Positions 1-9,327 of a stretch of DNA of 62,901 bases are shown in pieces. Both the position numbers and the translations under genes were made by a program. A model generated the notes under the pieces. The model did not search any database and had not been told where the DNA came from. It saw only the letters and a list, made by a program, of their open reading frames with translations. How positions within the stretch are numbered: the first letter of the stretch is position 1; every line of letters starts with the position of its first letter. This DNA is from a virus (lineage: Duplodnaviria; Caudoviricetes), in the IMG/VR virus record IMGVR_UViG_3300025120_000044, positions 1 to 62,901 of that record; one strand, 5' to 3'.

Positions 1-144
1 AAATATCCTGACCTACGGTATGCAGGTGGTGAATTTATATACAGCACTCAGAAAGGAATAGTTCGTACGTACGGACCGCGCCTGGCAGAAAATGTTATTC
101 AAGCGTTAGCAAGAATAGTTATTACTGACCAAATATTAGAAGTA
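1..144. repeat. Terminal direct repeat (assembly circularisation overlap), copy 1
   Basis: 1-144 matches 62758-62901 except position 18 (g) vs 62775 (a), a synonymous CGG/CGA change inside the polymerase ORF. Confidence 0.95.
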
Positions 145-327
145 CATAGACTGCCTGAAGTCGACGTAGTTCTACAGGTACACGATGAAATAATAGCATT
201 AGGCTCCGAAGTAAATTCAGATGTTACAATGGAGAAGATTATGAATATTATGAAAACCCCACCATCATGGTGTAGTGATTTACCACTTGATGCCGAAGGA
301 GGCGTTAGCCAGGTATATGACAAATAA
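1..327 (+). CDS. polA: C-terminal part of family A DNA polymerase (continues from 61288 across the junction)
   Basis: Frame 1 reads KYPDLRY...ENVIQALAR...VLQVHDEII (motif C)...LPLDAEGGVSQVYDK*. Not in the ORF track because it has no start codon in this segment. Confidence 0.92.
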   Translation, partial: KYPDLRYAGGEFIYSTQKGIVRTYGPRLAENVIQALARIVITDQILEVHRLPEVDVVLQVHDEIIALGSEVNSDVTMEKIMNIMKTPPSWCSDLPLDAEGGVSQVYDK

Positions 328-511
328 AAAATCTAACTTAATCCTGACAAGAAAAGTCGGCGACCGAATCGTACTGCACACTGGATCTGGAAATCCGGTG
401 TGCACGATTACGGTTACAAACGTTTCACATAAAGCATGCAAACTAGCTTTTGAAGCGGACAGTTCTGTACGTATAGACAGGGAAGAAGTTTACAAAAAGA
501 AGGAGAAATAA
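317..511 (+). CDS. csrA: CsrA/RsmA-family RNA-binding translational regulator
   Basis: From ATG 317: LILTRKVGDRIVL...ITVT...KLAFEADSSVRIDREEVY, matching the CsrA pattern MLILTRRVGE...V.V.REEIY. Confidence 0.8.
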   Translation: MTNKKSNLILTRKVGDRIVLHTGSGNPVCTITVTNVSHKACKLAFEADSSVRIDREEVYKKKEK

Positions 512-2998
512 ATGAATATAGTATTTTTACAAGCTAAAAAACCGCTTGTCAAAGAAATAACTAAGAATGGTACAAAACCGTACCCTCTTGTTAAAAACTT
601 TACATCAACAGAAGAAACAATAACAGTAGATAAAAAAGGACTTACTAAACTGTTTCGTGCACTTTGCAGTGCAGCTGCAAACGGCATGTGTATGTTAAAG
701 GGCCCTTTAAAACGTCCGCTCGTAGATGAGCCCAGGGCTTTTATGACCGACCGAGCAACAGCTACAGAAATTTTAGTTTTAGATATTGATGGATTACGTG
801 CAACACCCGGCGATGACTTACAAGCTATGGCCGATCGTATCGTGCTTCAGTTACCTGATCTCTTTCACGACTGTTCTTATATAGTCCAAGCTAGTGCTTC
901 TTTAGGTATTAAAAAAGATACTGTTTCATTACACCTATTCTTTTTGCTAGACATGCCAGTACACCCGAAAACTTTAAAAGACTTTCTTCGTAGTTTAAAT
1001 TACGAGTCAGAATTTCTTGCAGAACAAATTACTTTATCGGCCAACGGCCAAAGTCTTTCGTGCGTGTTAGATCCGTCGGTTGCAGATAACAGTAAGTTAA
1101 TTTACATAGCAACACCTAAATTTACTGGCGTTGAAGATCCGTACCCAGAAGCTAGATTCATCAAGGTTGACCGTGGCTCAGCTGTTCTTAAAATCTCCTC
1201 ATCTTTAGTCGGCGTTAACCCTGAAAAGGTACACGCCCTTGGTTTGCAGATTAAAGATAATTTAAGGAAGAAAAATAATCTTCCTAAAAGAACAGGTAAG
1301 TTATCTACGGTCAACGTTGCTGGAGAAACGCACGAAGTATTACAGAACCCAGATAAAATGACTATAGAAATTACTCGTGTCGCAGAACCTTACGTAAACT
1401 GTAACGTAAACGGAGGCGACAGTGGAGGTTATTACTTTTTATTATCTAACCCACACCACATGTATAACTTCAAAGGTGAACCTATTTGGGAAATAGAAAA
1501 AGCAGACCCTGACTTTTATAGAAGTATATTTGATATTTTTGCAGATAAAATAAATGCAGAAACTAAACAAAAACCAATTGTCTTACGTGATTTTTACACA
1601 GACACATTTTATAACGGAGTATATGATGAAACAAAACAACAATTTAGTGAAGACTACCCACTCACGCCTACCAACAAAAACAGTCTTAATGATTTCCTTA
1701 AAAGTCATGCTCGCGGTGCCTTGGATTATGTCCCTGATGCTCGTGTCGTATTTGATCCGAGCAGTGACGAAGGTATTAACCTGGACACAATCCCGTACAG
1801 CGTAAATTTATTTCGTCGTACTAAATATATGATGGAGCCTAATGAAAATGTAAAAGAACTTTCGTACGGCACTGCTATAGAGATCCAGGACGTTGCACCG
1901 AACTTTTATAAATTAGTTATGCACATCCTAGGAGATGGTAAACCTGAGTTTGAACATTTTGTTAACTGGCTTGCGTACATATACCAAAACAAACGCAAAG
2001 CAATGACCGCGTGGATATTTACGGGCGTACCAGGCACTGGTAAAGGTTTGTTTGTACACAAAGTATTAAAACCTTTATTCGGTGAACAACAAACACCAAT
2101 GCGTTCGTTAGAAAACATAGAGGAACAGTTCAATTTATATATGCGTACTGCAATGTTTTTAGTTGTAGATGAGTTTCGTATGGCTGACTCAGGCTCGGTA
2201 GGTAAAATGGCTGATAAGTTAAAACATCAGATTACAGAACCTACTCTGACTATTAGAGCAATGCGTACAAATCAAATTGAGCTGCCATCTTTCACGAACT
2301 TTATTTTTCTTACCAACAGAGCAGATGCAGTTAAAATAGAAGAAAGCGACAGAAGATACAATGTTGCACCACGACAAGAAACTAAATTAGAAATAGCTAA
2401 TAAACAAGTTATAGAAAATATAGATTTGTTAGAACAAGAATTGTATATCGTGTCAGGCATACTGCAGCGCTTCCAGGTAGATGCACGTATGGCTCATACA
2501 GCATTAGAAAACGATGCGAAGAAAGAAATGAAAGAAATATCTATGTCTATTATAGAAGAGTACGCAAACGCAATACGCATACGAAATTTAGAATATTTTA
2601 CAGAAGTATTAGATATACCACTTACAAACACATTTGACGCAGGCGGCATCAGCACGGCACAAAGATATGTTAAAGAGTGGTTAGCACAGGCAGATAAAGA
2701 ACAAGTCATACCATTAGCTCACTTTAAAGTTGTGTACGATGCTATGACTGACAGCCGAAATACTATTTCACAGCGTGAATTTGCAAAGCGTATGTCTAGG
2801 TTAAATATAACAACAGCACGTAAACGTGTAAGTCGAGATCGCCAGGCAGGTATCCCGCGTGGAGTTGTATTAGTTTGGAAAATAGACAATAATGTAAGAA
2901 AGGATTTAATCGAAGAACACTTCGACGAAAGGGACTTAGGACTAATAGATGAAGAATCTAACACAATCCAAGCGTCCAGACCTAATCTCAACGGTTAG
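512..2998 (+). CDS. Primase-helicase (N-terminal prim-pol-like region, C-terminal D5/SF3-like P-loop NTPase)
   Basis: LDID and LHLFF primase-like motifs, Walker A GVPGTGKG, Walker B LVVDE, motif C FIFLTN; GGAG RBS. Confidence 0.8.
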   Translation: MNIVFLQAKKPLVKEITKNGTKPYPLVKNFTSTEETITVDKKGLTKLFRALCSAAANGMCMLKGPLKRPLVDEPRAFMTDRATATEILVLDIDGLRATPGDDLQAMADRIVLQLPDLFHDCSYIVQASASLGIKKDTVSLHLFFLLDMPVHPKTLKDFLRSLNYESEFLAEQITLSANGQSLSCVLDPSVADNSKLIYIATPKFTGVEDPYPEARFIKVDRGSAVLKISSSLVGVNPEKVHALGLQIKDNLRKKNNLPKRTGKLSTVNVAGETHEVLQNPDKMTIEITRVAEPYVNCNVNGGDSGGYYFLLSNPHHMYNFKGEPIWEIEKADPDFYRSIFDIFADKINAETKQKPIVLRDFYTDTFYNGVYDETKQQFSEDYPLTPTNKNSLNDFLKSHARGALDYVPDARVVFDPSSDEGINLDTIPYSVNLFRRTKYMMEPNENVKELSYGTAIEIQDVAPNFYKLVMHILGDGKPEFEHFVNWLAYIYQNKRKAMTAWIFTGVPGTGKGLFVHKVLKPLFGEQQTPMRSLENIEEQFNLYMRTAMFLVVDEFRMADSGSVGKMADKLKHQITEPTLTIRAMRTNQIELPSFTNFIFLTNRADAVKIEESDRRYNVAPRQETKLEIANKQVIENIDLLEQELYIVSGILQRFQVDARMAHTALENDAKKEMKEISMSIIEEYANAIRIRNLEYFTEVLDIPLTNTFDAGGISTAQRYVKEWLAQADKEQVIPLAHFKVVYDAMTDSRNTISQREFAKRMSRLNITTARKRVSRDRQAGIPRGVVLVWKIDNNVRKDLIEEHFDERDLGLIDEESNTIQASRPNLNG

Positions 2999-3704
2999 TG
3001 TCAAGGAGGACATTCAGTTAGGCTACATTCCAGCCTGGTCTTACTCGACTTTAAAAACATTTGAGTCTTGCGCTTACCGCTCTTACATAGCTAAAGTAAA
3101 AAAAGTACAAGAGGACTTCGGTCCCGCAGCTGCACGTGGCACGGAAATACACAAACAAGCTGAAGATTATGTAGGCGGATTACTAGCTGAATTACCTGAC
3201 ACTCTCAAAAAGTTTACTTCAGAGTTTAAAAAACTACGCGAAATGTTTGCAGAAGCACAAGTAGAACTAGAAGGTGATTGGGGTTTCACACGCGAATGGG
3301 GAACAACTGGCTGGCTAGCAAAAGACGTGTGGGGTCGGATCAAACTAGATGCGTTCGTACACGAATCAGAAACATCAGCAAGAGTTATAGATTACAAAAC
3401 AGGTAAAGCTTACGGCAATGAAATTGCTCACAGTCAACAAGCACTTGTTTACGCAATCGGTAGCTTCTTTAGATATCCAGAATTACAAATTGCTAAAACC
3501 GAGATATGGTATCTCGATCACGGCACTATGTTAGAACAGGTGTATACGCGGGATGAAGCTATGGTCTTCATGCCCAAGTTACACGATAGAGCAATAGCTA
3601 TGACTACTGCAACCAAGTTTCCGCCAAACCCTAGCAATTACAATTGCAAGTGGTGCTCGTATGGCAAGGGTGAATACCCTGTTTGCGAGTGGGCAGAAAC
3701 GTGA
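2949..3704 (+). CDS. PD-(D/E)XK exonuclease (RecB/Cas4-like)
   Basis: WSYS...C, RGTEIH, KLD...IDYKTG, Q...Y and C-terminal CKWC...C. Confidence 0.8.
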   Translation: MKNLTQSKRPDLISTVSVKEDIQLGYIPAWSYSTLKTFESCAYRSYIAKVKKVQEDFGPAAARGTEIHKQAEDYVGGLLAELPDTLKKFTSEFKKLREMFAEAQVELEGDWGFTREWGTTGWLAKDVWGRIKLDAFVHESETSARVIDYKTGKAYGNEIAHSQQALVYAIGSFFRYPELQIAKTEIWYLDHGTMLEQVYTRDEAMVFMPKLHDRAIAMTTATKFPPNPSNYNCKWCSYGKGEYPVCEWAET

Positions 3705-3749
3705 TACAATAATATTAACGAATAACGAAAGAACGATTAAGGAGTAACG

Positions 3750-5111
3750 ATGAACGATATACCTGTGGCCTACGACCACCAAAAATCCACTACTGATTTC
3801 ATAGTAGCAAACCCACAATGTTTAATAACCTCAGATCCTGGTACTGGCAAGACTCGTGCAGTTTTAGATGCACATGCTATACTCGGAGGCAAGACATTAG
3901 TCTTAGCGCCACTTTCAATATTGGAAGCAGCGTGGGGGGAGGACATTGACAAGTTTCAACCCAATATAAAATATGGAGTAGCTTATGCAAAAAACAGAGA
4001 AAAAGTCTTTAAAGACATTGATAACCTCGACATGGTCATCACTAATTTCGAGGCTGTTAACTTTCTACGTAAAAACTCACGATTCTGTAAGCAGTTCGAT
4101 ACAATCGTTATTGACGAGTTTACCGCTTTTAAAAATCGCACAGCCAAACGTAGTAAAAATCTCAAAGATATTATCTACCATTTTACTAATAGGATTGCCA
4201 TGTCTGGTACTCCTAATAGTAATACTATTCTAGATATATGGCACCCAGCATACCTAGTCGACGACGGCGAGCGACTAGGTGCTAGGTTCTTTCAATTCAG
4301 AAACCAAGTTTGTACACCAAAGTTTAATGGCTTTGCAAACGAATGGATTGACAAACCCGATGCAGAAGACGCAGTTGCTATAAGACTGCGAGACATCACA
4401 ATACGTTACGCGCTGTCAGAGTGTATGGATCTACCTGACAACATAACACGAACAATCAACACTAACTTGTCTAAACAGATACAGCAAAAATATAATCTCC
4501 TTGCTAAAGATTCTGTGTTGTATACAAAGACTGGCACAGTCAACGCGGTTCACGCGGGAGCTCGTGTCAAGAAGCTACTGCAGCTAGTTACAGGCGCAGT
4601 ATACGACGAAGATAAGTTAGTGCAGTTTGTACATCAAGAACGTTATGACATAGTCATGACACTTGTAGACCAACGTGCACACTCCCTGGTAGCATTCAAC
4701 TGGCGACACGAACGCGATGCTTTAGTTGAGCTAGCAGAAAAACAAGGGGTGTCATACGAAATCATTGACGGTACGGTTAAACCCGAGAAGAGAAAAGATA
4801 TCGTAGCACGATACCAAGCAGGCCAAATTAAAATGCTATTGTGTCATCCACAATCAGCATCTCATGGTCTTACTCTTACAAAAGCTAACACAGTTATATG
4901 GTGTTCGCCTACGTACAACGCTGAACACTTTCAGCAATTTAACCAACGTATTCATAGAGCAGGTCAAACACAAAAGACTGAAACTATATTAATACAAGCT
5001 AGAAACACTTGGGAGCCCGAAGTGTATAACAAGCTTAATACTAAACTAGGGCGAATGGAAAATCTATTACACATTCTACAGGAGGTAGGACATGGCAAAG
5101 AAACTAAATGA
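3750..5111 (+). CDS. SNF2-like SF2 helicase
   Basis: DPGTGKT, IVIDE, MSGTP, HGLTL and QRIHRAGQ motifs; AAGGAG RBS. Confidence 0.88.
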   Translation: MNDIPVAYDHQKSTTDFIVANPQCLITSDPGTGKTRAVLDAHAILGGKTLVLAPLSILEAAWGEDIDKFQPNIKYGVAYAKNREKVFKDIDNLDMVITNFEAVNFLRKNSRFCKQFDTIVIDEFTAFKNRTAKRSKNLKDIIYHFTNRIAMSGTPNSNTILDIWHPAYLVDDGERLGARFFQFRNQVCTPKFNGFANEWIDKPDAEDAVAIRLRDITIRYALSECMDLPDNITRTINTNLSKQIQQKYNLLAKDSVLYTKTGTVNAVHAGARVKKLLQLVTGAVYDEDKLVQFVHQERYDIVMTLVDQRAHSLVAFNWRHERDALVELAEKQGVSYEIIDGTVKPEKRKDIVARYQAGQIKMLLCHPQSASHGLTLTKANTVIWCSPTYNAEHFQQFNQRIHRAGQTQKTETILIQARNTWEPEVYNKLNTKLGRMENLLHILQEVGHGKETK

Positions 5112-5463
5112 CTTATTAGCCGAGTACGGCAAAACGCGTGACGAGATAAAATCTCTACAAGCACAAGAAAAAGAACTAAATGTTATCAAGCGCGAGCTTG
5201 AATACCAAATTACTATTAGGATGCAAGAGGAAGGCCTCGATAAAATCTCTAATAGTGGTAGGACAGTCTCTATTAAACAAGAGATTGTGCCGACCGTAGA
5301 GGACTGGGATGCACTTCAGGACCACGTAATTAAAACTAAACAGTTTGAATTACTCCAGAAGCGTATGTCAGCCACTGCGTATAGAGAGTTGATTTCATTA
5401 GGTGCAGACGTACCTGGAGTGATCAGCACAGAGTTGACCCGTATTAATTACAGGTCAACATAA
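5092..5463 (+). CDS. Conserved phage replication-module protein (N-terminal coiled coil)
   Basis: GGAGG RBS. Coiled-coil N-terminus and VEDWD...VPGV pattern common between phage helicase and SSB genes. Confidence 0.55.
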   Translation: MAKKLNDLLAEYGKTRDEIKSLQAQEKELNVIKRELEYQITIRMQEEGLDKISNSGRTVSIKQEIVPTVEDWDALQDHVIKTKQFELLQKRMSATAYRELISLGADVPGVISTELTRINYRST

Positions 5464-5500
5464 TAATAACCAATAACGAATGACGAAAGGAGGAATAACG

Positions 5501-6169
5501 ATGTCAAACGATATTAGCGTAGTAACGAGCAAGGTTCCAGCTCATGTAAAAGAGGGATCAAAACTAGGTAATGAGAATGTTCAAACTGAACACATATCAG
5601 TGCCAAGGGTAAAGCTACTTCAAAAAATGAATAACGAAGTTGACCCAAATCATAGTGAACATATAGAGGGCTGTAAAGAAGGCGACTTTATAAACACTGT
5701 GACTGGCGAAAACTACGGTTCATCTATGTATGTAGTCAACACTCACTTCAAAGAAGAGTTTGTTGTGTGGAGAAAACGTGAAGAAGGTGGCGGACTTGTA
5801 GGGAACTTCCCAACAAGAGGTGATGCTGAAGACTATCTAAGTGAAAACAACTTAGAAATGACTAAGCATGACATCACGCAAACGCATATCCATACTTTAC
5901 TTCGTCTGGATGATAAGACGCAGGAAATATCTGATATACCTTTTCTATTTGATTGTGCTTCATCAAAGCTCAAAGTATCTAGAGAATGGAATACTAAGAT
6001 AATAAAACAAGCTGGAGATAGGTTCTCTTACTTGTGGAAGATGTCTTCAGTCCCGCAAAGTAATGCAAAGGGCTCTTGGGTCAACATAGACATTTCAGGT
6101 GTCGATTGGCTAAAAGACGATATTTACAAACAACTAAAATCTTTCTACGAAAGAACATTTGTTAAGTAA
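5501..6169 (+). CDS. Putative ssDNA-binding/annealing protein
   Basis: AGGAGG RBS before ATG 5501; PRVKLLQ...GDF motif; position in the replication module. Confidence 0.5.
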   Translation: MSNDISVVTSKVPAHVKEGSKLGNENVQTEHISVPRVKLLQKMNNEVDPNHSEHIEGCKEGDFINTVTGENYGSSMYVVNTHFKEEFVVWRKREEGGGLVGNFPTRGDAEDYLSENNLEMTKHDITQTHIHTLLRLDDKTQEISDIPFLFDCASSKLKVSREWNTKIIKQAGDRFSYLWKMSSVPQSNAKGSWVNIDISGVDWLKDDIYKQLKSFYERTFVK

Positions 6170-6233
6170 ATAATTACGTGCAATCAGGGTGCGACATTAT
6201 AGGTCGCATCCACGATTGTGTTACACTTAATAT

Positions 6234-6635
6234 GTGCGTGAAAAGGAGTTCATCAACAAAGTGCATCGACACTTATCTAAATCAATCTATCGTTGGAAAA
6301 TTAACGACGCTTATCACGGCGGCGTACCAGACACATTTTACTCAGGTCGCAATGGCCATTGTTTTATCGAGTACAAATATAAAGAAAAATTACCTAAAAG
6401 AGATTCGTCTCAAATTATTTTGAACTTATCTCCCCAACAAAGAGTATGGCTAACCCTTCAACATTCTAATAATGTTATATGTTATGCCGTGCTTGCCTCG
6501 AAAAATAAAGTTTTTGTAACCCAAGAATTTAATATGCCTGGCTTAACGCTAAAAGATTTTAATGAACAAAGTATTCCTTTTAAAGAATATATACAATTAA
6601 TAGAAAATATAACTATAGGAGAAACAAATGACTGA
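6234..6635 (+). CDS. VRR-NUC-like endonuclease / resolvase
   Basis: E..F...GVPD...FIEYK...LSPQQ..W pattern. Confidence 0.7.
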   Translation: MREKEFINKVHRHLSKSIYRWKINDAYHGGVPDTFYSGRNGHCFIEYKYKEKLPKRDSSQIILNLSPQQRVWLTLQHSNNVICYAVLASKNKVFVTQEFNMPGLTLKDFNEQSIPFKEYIQLIENITIGETND

Positions 6636-6888
6636 TTATGTAAACTCGCCACCTCATTATAATACCGGAAACGTGGAGTGCATCGTGGCAATAGAAGAAA
6701 GTATGACCCCAGAATCTTTTAAAGGATATCTAAAAGGAAACATTCAGAAGTATATGTGGAGGTATGAGGCCAAAAAAGGACTACAAGACGTCCTTAAAGC
6801 TCAATGGTACTTAAATAGGTTGATAAAAACACTAGAAAAAGAGCAATCAGTGTCTGACGCACAGGAAAGCCCGCCAGATAAATATTGA
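6628..6888 (+). CDS. DUF3310 (SaV-like / T7 gp1.7-like) protein
   Basis: VNSPPHY...ECI.AI...GN..KY.WR...K.G..D..KA.WYL signature. Confidence 0.85.
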   Translation: MTDYVNSPPHYNTGNVECIVAIEESMTPESFKGYLKGNIQKYMWRYEAKKGLQDVLKAQWYLNRLIKTLEKEQSVSDAQESPPDKY

Positions 6889-6924
6889 TTTAGTTGGACC
6901 TACGGCCTTAGTTACCCTAACAAA

Positions 6925-6950
6925 ACCTCATACAGAGCATTGTGTGAGGT
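6925..6950. terminator. Probable bidirectional terminator where the two genome arms converge
   Basis: acctcataca-gagcat-tgtgtgaggt 10-bp stem, flanked by an A-run on the left and a T-run on the right. Confidence 0.6.
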
Positions 6951-7195
6951 CATTTTTTGCCAGCTTTCTTATTTCTGGCGAAAGAACGGTTTTTTGCTCG
7001 TCTTACTACTTTTAAGTTAGATTTCTTATTGTTTTTAGGATTTCCGTCTTTATGGTGAACATCATTCCCATCTCCCTTCTTAATTAACCCTAACTTTTTT
7101 GCCATTCTATTAGCTGCATTACGCATTGCTCGCTTTTTTATTTGAGCAGGTTTGCCTTGGTAGTTCTTATATTCTTTTTTGTAGTCTCTTGCCAT
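6950..7195 (-). CDS. Small basic HNH-endonuclease-like protein
   Basis: DVHHKDGNPKNN..SNL......NR HNH motif; very K/R-rich. Confidence 0.7.
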   Translation of the reverse strand: MARDYKKEYKNYQGKPAQIKKRAMRNAANRMAKKLGLIKKGDGNDVHHKDGNPKNNKKSNLKVVRRAKNRSFARNKKAGKK

Positions 7196-8950
7196 CTAAA
7201 CAGTATACACCTTTAACTGTTCTTCTTTACCCTTTACACTTATAGTTCCAACATAAGTCATTTGGTCTAATACTTTATCGGCTGTAGTCTCTCCAATTAA
7301 TATATCTACTCCTGCATCCTTAGTAGCTGATTCTAACCGAGCAGCTACATTTACTGCGTCACCTATTGCTGAATAATCAAACCTAGAGTCCGAGCCCATG
7401 TTTCCTATAATTGCATCACCAGTATTTAATCCTATACCTATTGCTATTGGTTCGGGCAATTCTTTTTGCAACGTGCGTATAGCCGTACGCATATCTCGGG
7501 CACAGGCGACGGCACGTGATTCATGTTCATCTAAATTGAGGGGGGCATTAAAGATGGCCATACATGCGTCGCCTATGAATTTGTCCACCATACCACCGTG
7601 TGCCTGTATACATTCTACTTGTACGGTAAGGACCTTGTTCATTATTTCAGTTACTTGTTCTGGTTCTAGTTTTTCAGATAGGTTTGTAAACCCACGTACA
7701 TCAGTAAAAAGAAATGTACATGTCCTTCTTTCTCCCCCGAGCATTAACAAGTCAGGGTCTTTTTGTAGTCGTGCAACCTGGCGTGGATCCAGGTAATGCT
7801 CGAACTGTTTTTTAATTTGTTGTCTTAGTTTGTATTGTTCTCCAAAGCGTAACCAAAACTCTTGTACAGATATAAGTGTCATTGATATTACACTATAACT
7901 AAAATCTATAAGTATATTATTGCGTGCAAAATAGAATGCTAGAGCAATTGCACATACATACATAAACCCGACCCCCGCCATAGAACCTGCAACGGGTGCA
8001 TTACGTATTATAAGTATTAGTAATAATAGCGACCCTATTAATATAAGTAATTCGTATAGTAAAGCAGCCCCAGGTATCTGCGGTACATCCACAGTCATGC
8101 TTTCTGCTAAAGCCGCTTGTACTTGATGTGGGTACTTTAGTCCTGCGGGTGTTGCTATTTGAGGCATGATACCCTTAGCAGTTACGCCAACAAACACAAA
8201 TTTATCTGCAACATCCATTTCATCTAAAGTAGTCCTAGGCGTATCGACCCACGACACCCAACGTCTGCCTAAACCATCTACAGGTATCTGTGCATAATTA
8301 GGTACAGTAAGCTCTGCTATTTGTCCTTGGTCGGTTTTAATTATATAAGTATCTGCTCCCCCCATCATCTTCATAACTTCTATACCAAAAGAAGGTGTCC
8401 ACCCTCCTTCTGTTTGTACTAACAAAGGCAACCTACGTACTAAATTATCTACATCTGTTCGTGCAACTGCGATCCCTTGGTATGCAGAGTCTGCTAGCAC
8501 AGGAACATTACCTAACACTCCCTCACTTTTATAAGCCTCTACAGGTATGCCATCACCTAATACAACTGTGCCTGTAGTAGGCGGATAGTTACCATTTGGA
8601 TTTTCAAACATAGCAAGAACACTAGGGCTTTGTATAAGTACGTCTGCAAAAACTTGGTCGCCCCCAAATCTATCTTCTTGCGGAAAAGCAATAACCCAAC
8701 CTACACCTATGGCTCCTGCTTCTATAATATCTAGATGTATTCGTGCAAGGTCTTGTCGTGGGTAGGGCCACCCGCCCGAAACTGCTAAGTCTTCTTCTGT
8801 TATATCTAACGTGGTAAACCAACCAGATGGATCTGGCGTTTGCACGAGTGCATCAAATGTTTTTAGTTTTACTATTTCTAATGCTTGCCAATTAAATATT
8901 AAAGGTATTGCCAACAGTGGCACGGTTATTAAAGAAATCCATTTCTTCAT
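7196..8950 (-). CDS. Membrane CHASE2-domain class III adenylate cyclase
   Basis: N-terminal TM; CHASE2 motifs (GGWPYPR..LA, D..F...L, DVDNLVRRLPL, KFVFVG.TA, TPAG..YPHQVQA); three TMs; cyclase FTDVRGFT, DKFIGDA, GIGLNTG, GNMGS..RFDYSAIGDAVNVAARLE, VKGK. Confidence 0.93.
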   Translation of the reverse strand: MKKWISLITVPLLAIPLIFNWQALEIVKLKTFDALVQTPDPSGWFTTLDITEEDLAVSGGWPYPRQDLARIHLDIIEAGAIGVGWVIAFPQEDRFGGDQVFADVLIQSPSVLAMFENPNGNYPPTTGTVVLGDGIPVEAYKSEGVLGNVPVLADSAYQGIAVARTDVDNLVRRLPLLVQTEGGWTPSFGIEVMKMMGGADTYIIKTDQGQIAELTVPNYAQIPVDGLGRRWVSWVDTPRTTLDEMDVADKFVFVGVTAKGIMPQIATPAGLKYPHQVQAALAESMTVDVPQIPGAALLYELLILIGSLLLLILIIRNAPVAGSMAGVGFMYVCAIALAFYFARNNILIDFSYSVISMTLISVQEFWLRFGEQYKLRQQIKKQFEHYLDPRQVARLQKDPDLLMLGGERRTCTFLFTDVRGFTNLSEKLEPEQVTEIMNKVLTVQVECIQAHGGMVDKFIGDACMAIFNAPLNLDEHESRAVACARDMRTAIRTLQKELPEPIAIGIGLNTGDAIIGNMGSDSRFDYSAIGDAVNVAARLESATKDAGVDILIGETTADKVLDQMTYVGTISVKGKEEQLKVYTV

Positions 8951-9327
8951 TTTCTACTCCTTAGTTCTGTTGTCGAAAAAGAATGCTTACGGCTTGTATA
9001 AAAAACTTCGTGCATGCCTTTACCAGTAAAGTGTTTATCTGTGTAGTCTTCTCCTATAAATCTAATATCTATATGAGTACTGTTTAGTAAGTCTAGTAAA
9101 CTTTTTTCTGTGTCGTAAGGTATAACTTTATCTATATACTTAACTGCTTTTAGTTGAACATATCTTTCATAGATAGATTGAATAGGTTTATTTTTTTCTT
9201 GTCTGTCTAAAGAAGGGTCGGTTTGTAATCCGACTATAAGATATTTACAGTTTGCTTTAGCCTCTTTAAACATAACTACATGTCCTGCATGTAATAAATC
9301 AAAAGCTCCGCATGTAAATCCGATCAT
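8947..9327 (-). CDS. tagD: Glycerol-3-phosphate cytidylyltransferase-like (TagD family)
   Basis: GAFDLLHAGH (HxGH), VGLQTD, K.KP, ER, R..SFSTTELR. ATGA overlaps with both neighbours. Confidence 0.85.
   Translation of the reverse strand: MIGFTCGAFDLLHAGHVVMFKEAKANCKYLIVGLQTDPSLDRQEKNKPIQSIYERYVQLKAVKYIDKVIPYDTEKSLLDLLNSTHIDIRFIGEDYTDKHFTGKGMHEVFYTSRKHSFSTTELRSRK

Noticed and set aside
2949-3704. Cas4 as part of a CRISPR system
   Set aside because: No other cas genes or array are present. It is a standard phage replication-module nuclease.
6181-6218. Hairpin gggtgcgac/gtcgcatcc after the SSB-like gene
   Set aside because: The inverted repeat is real but has no U-tract. It is probably an mRNA stabiliser or processing site, with too little evidence for a specific call.
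7196-8950. Pycsar/CBASS-type defence cyclase
   Set aside because: The CHASE2-TM architecture and ATP-specifying residues fit a receptor adenylate cyclase, and no adjacent effector gene was seen.
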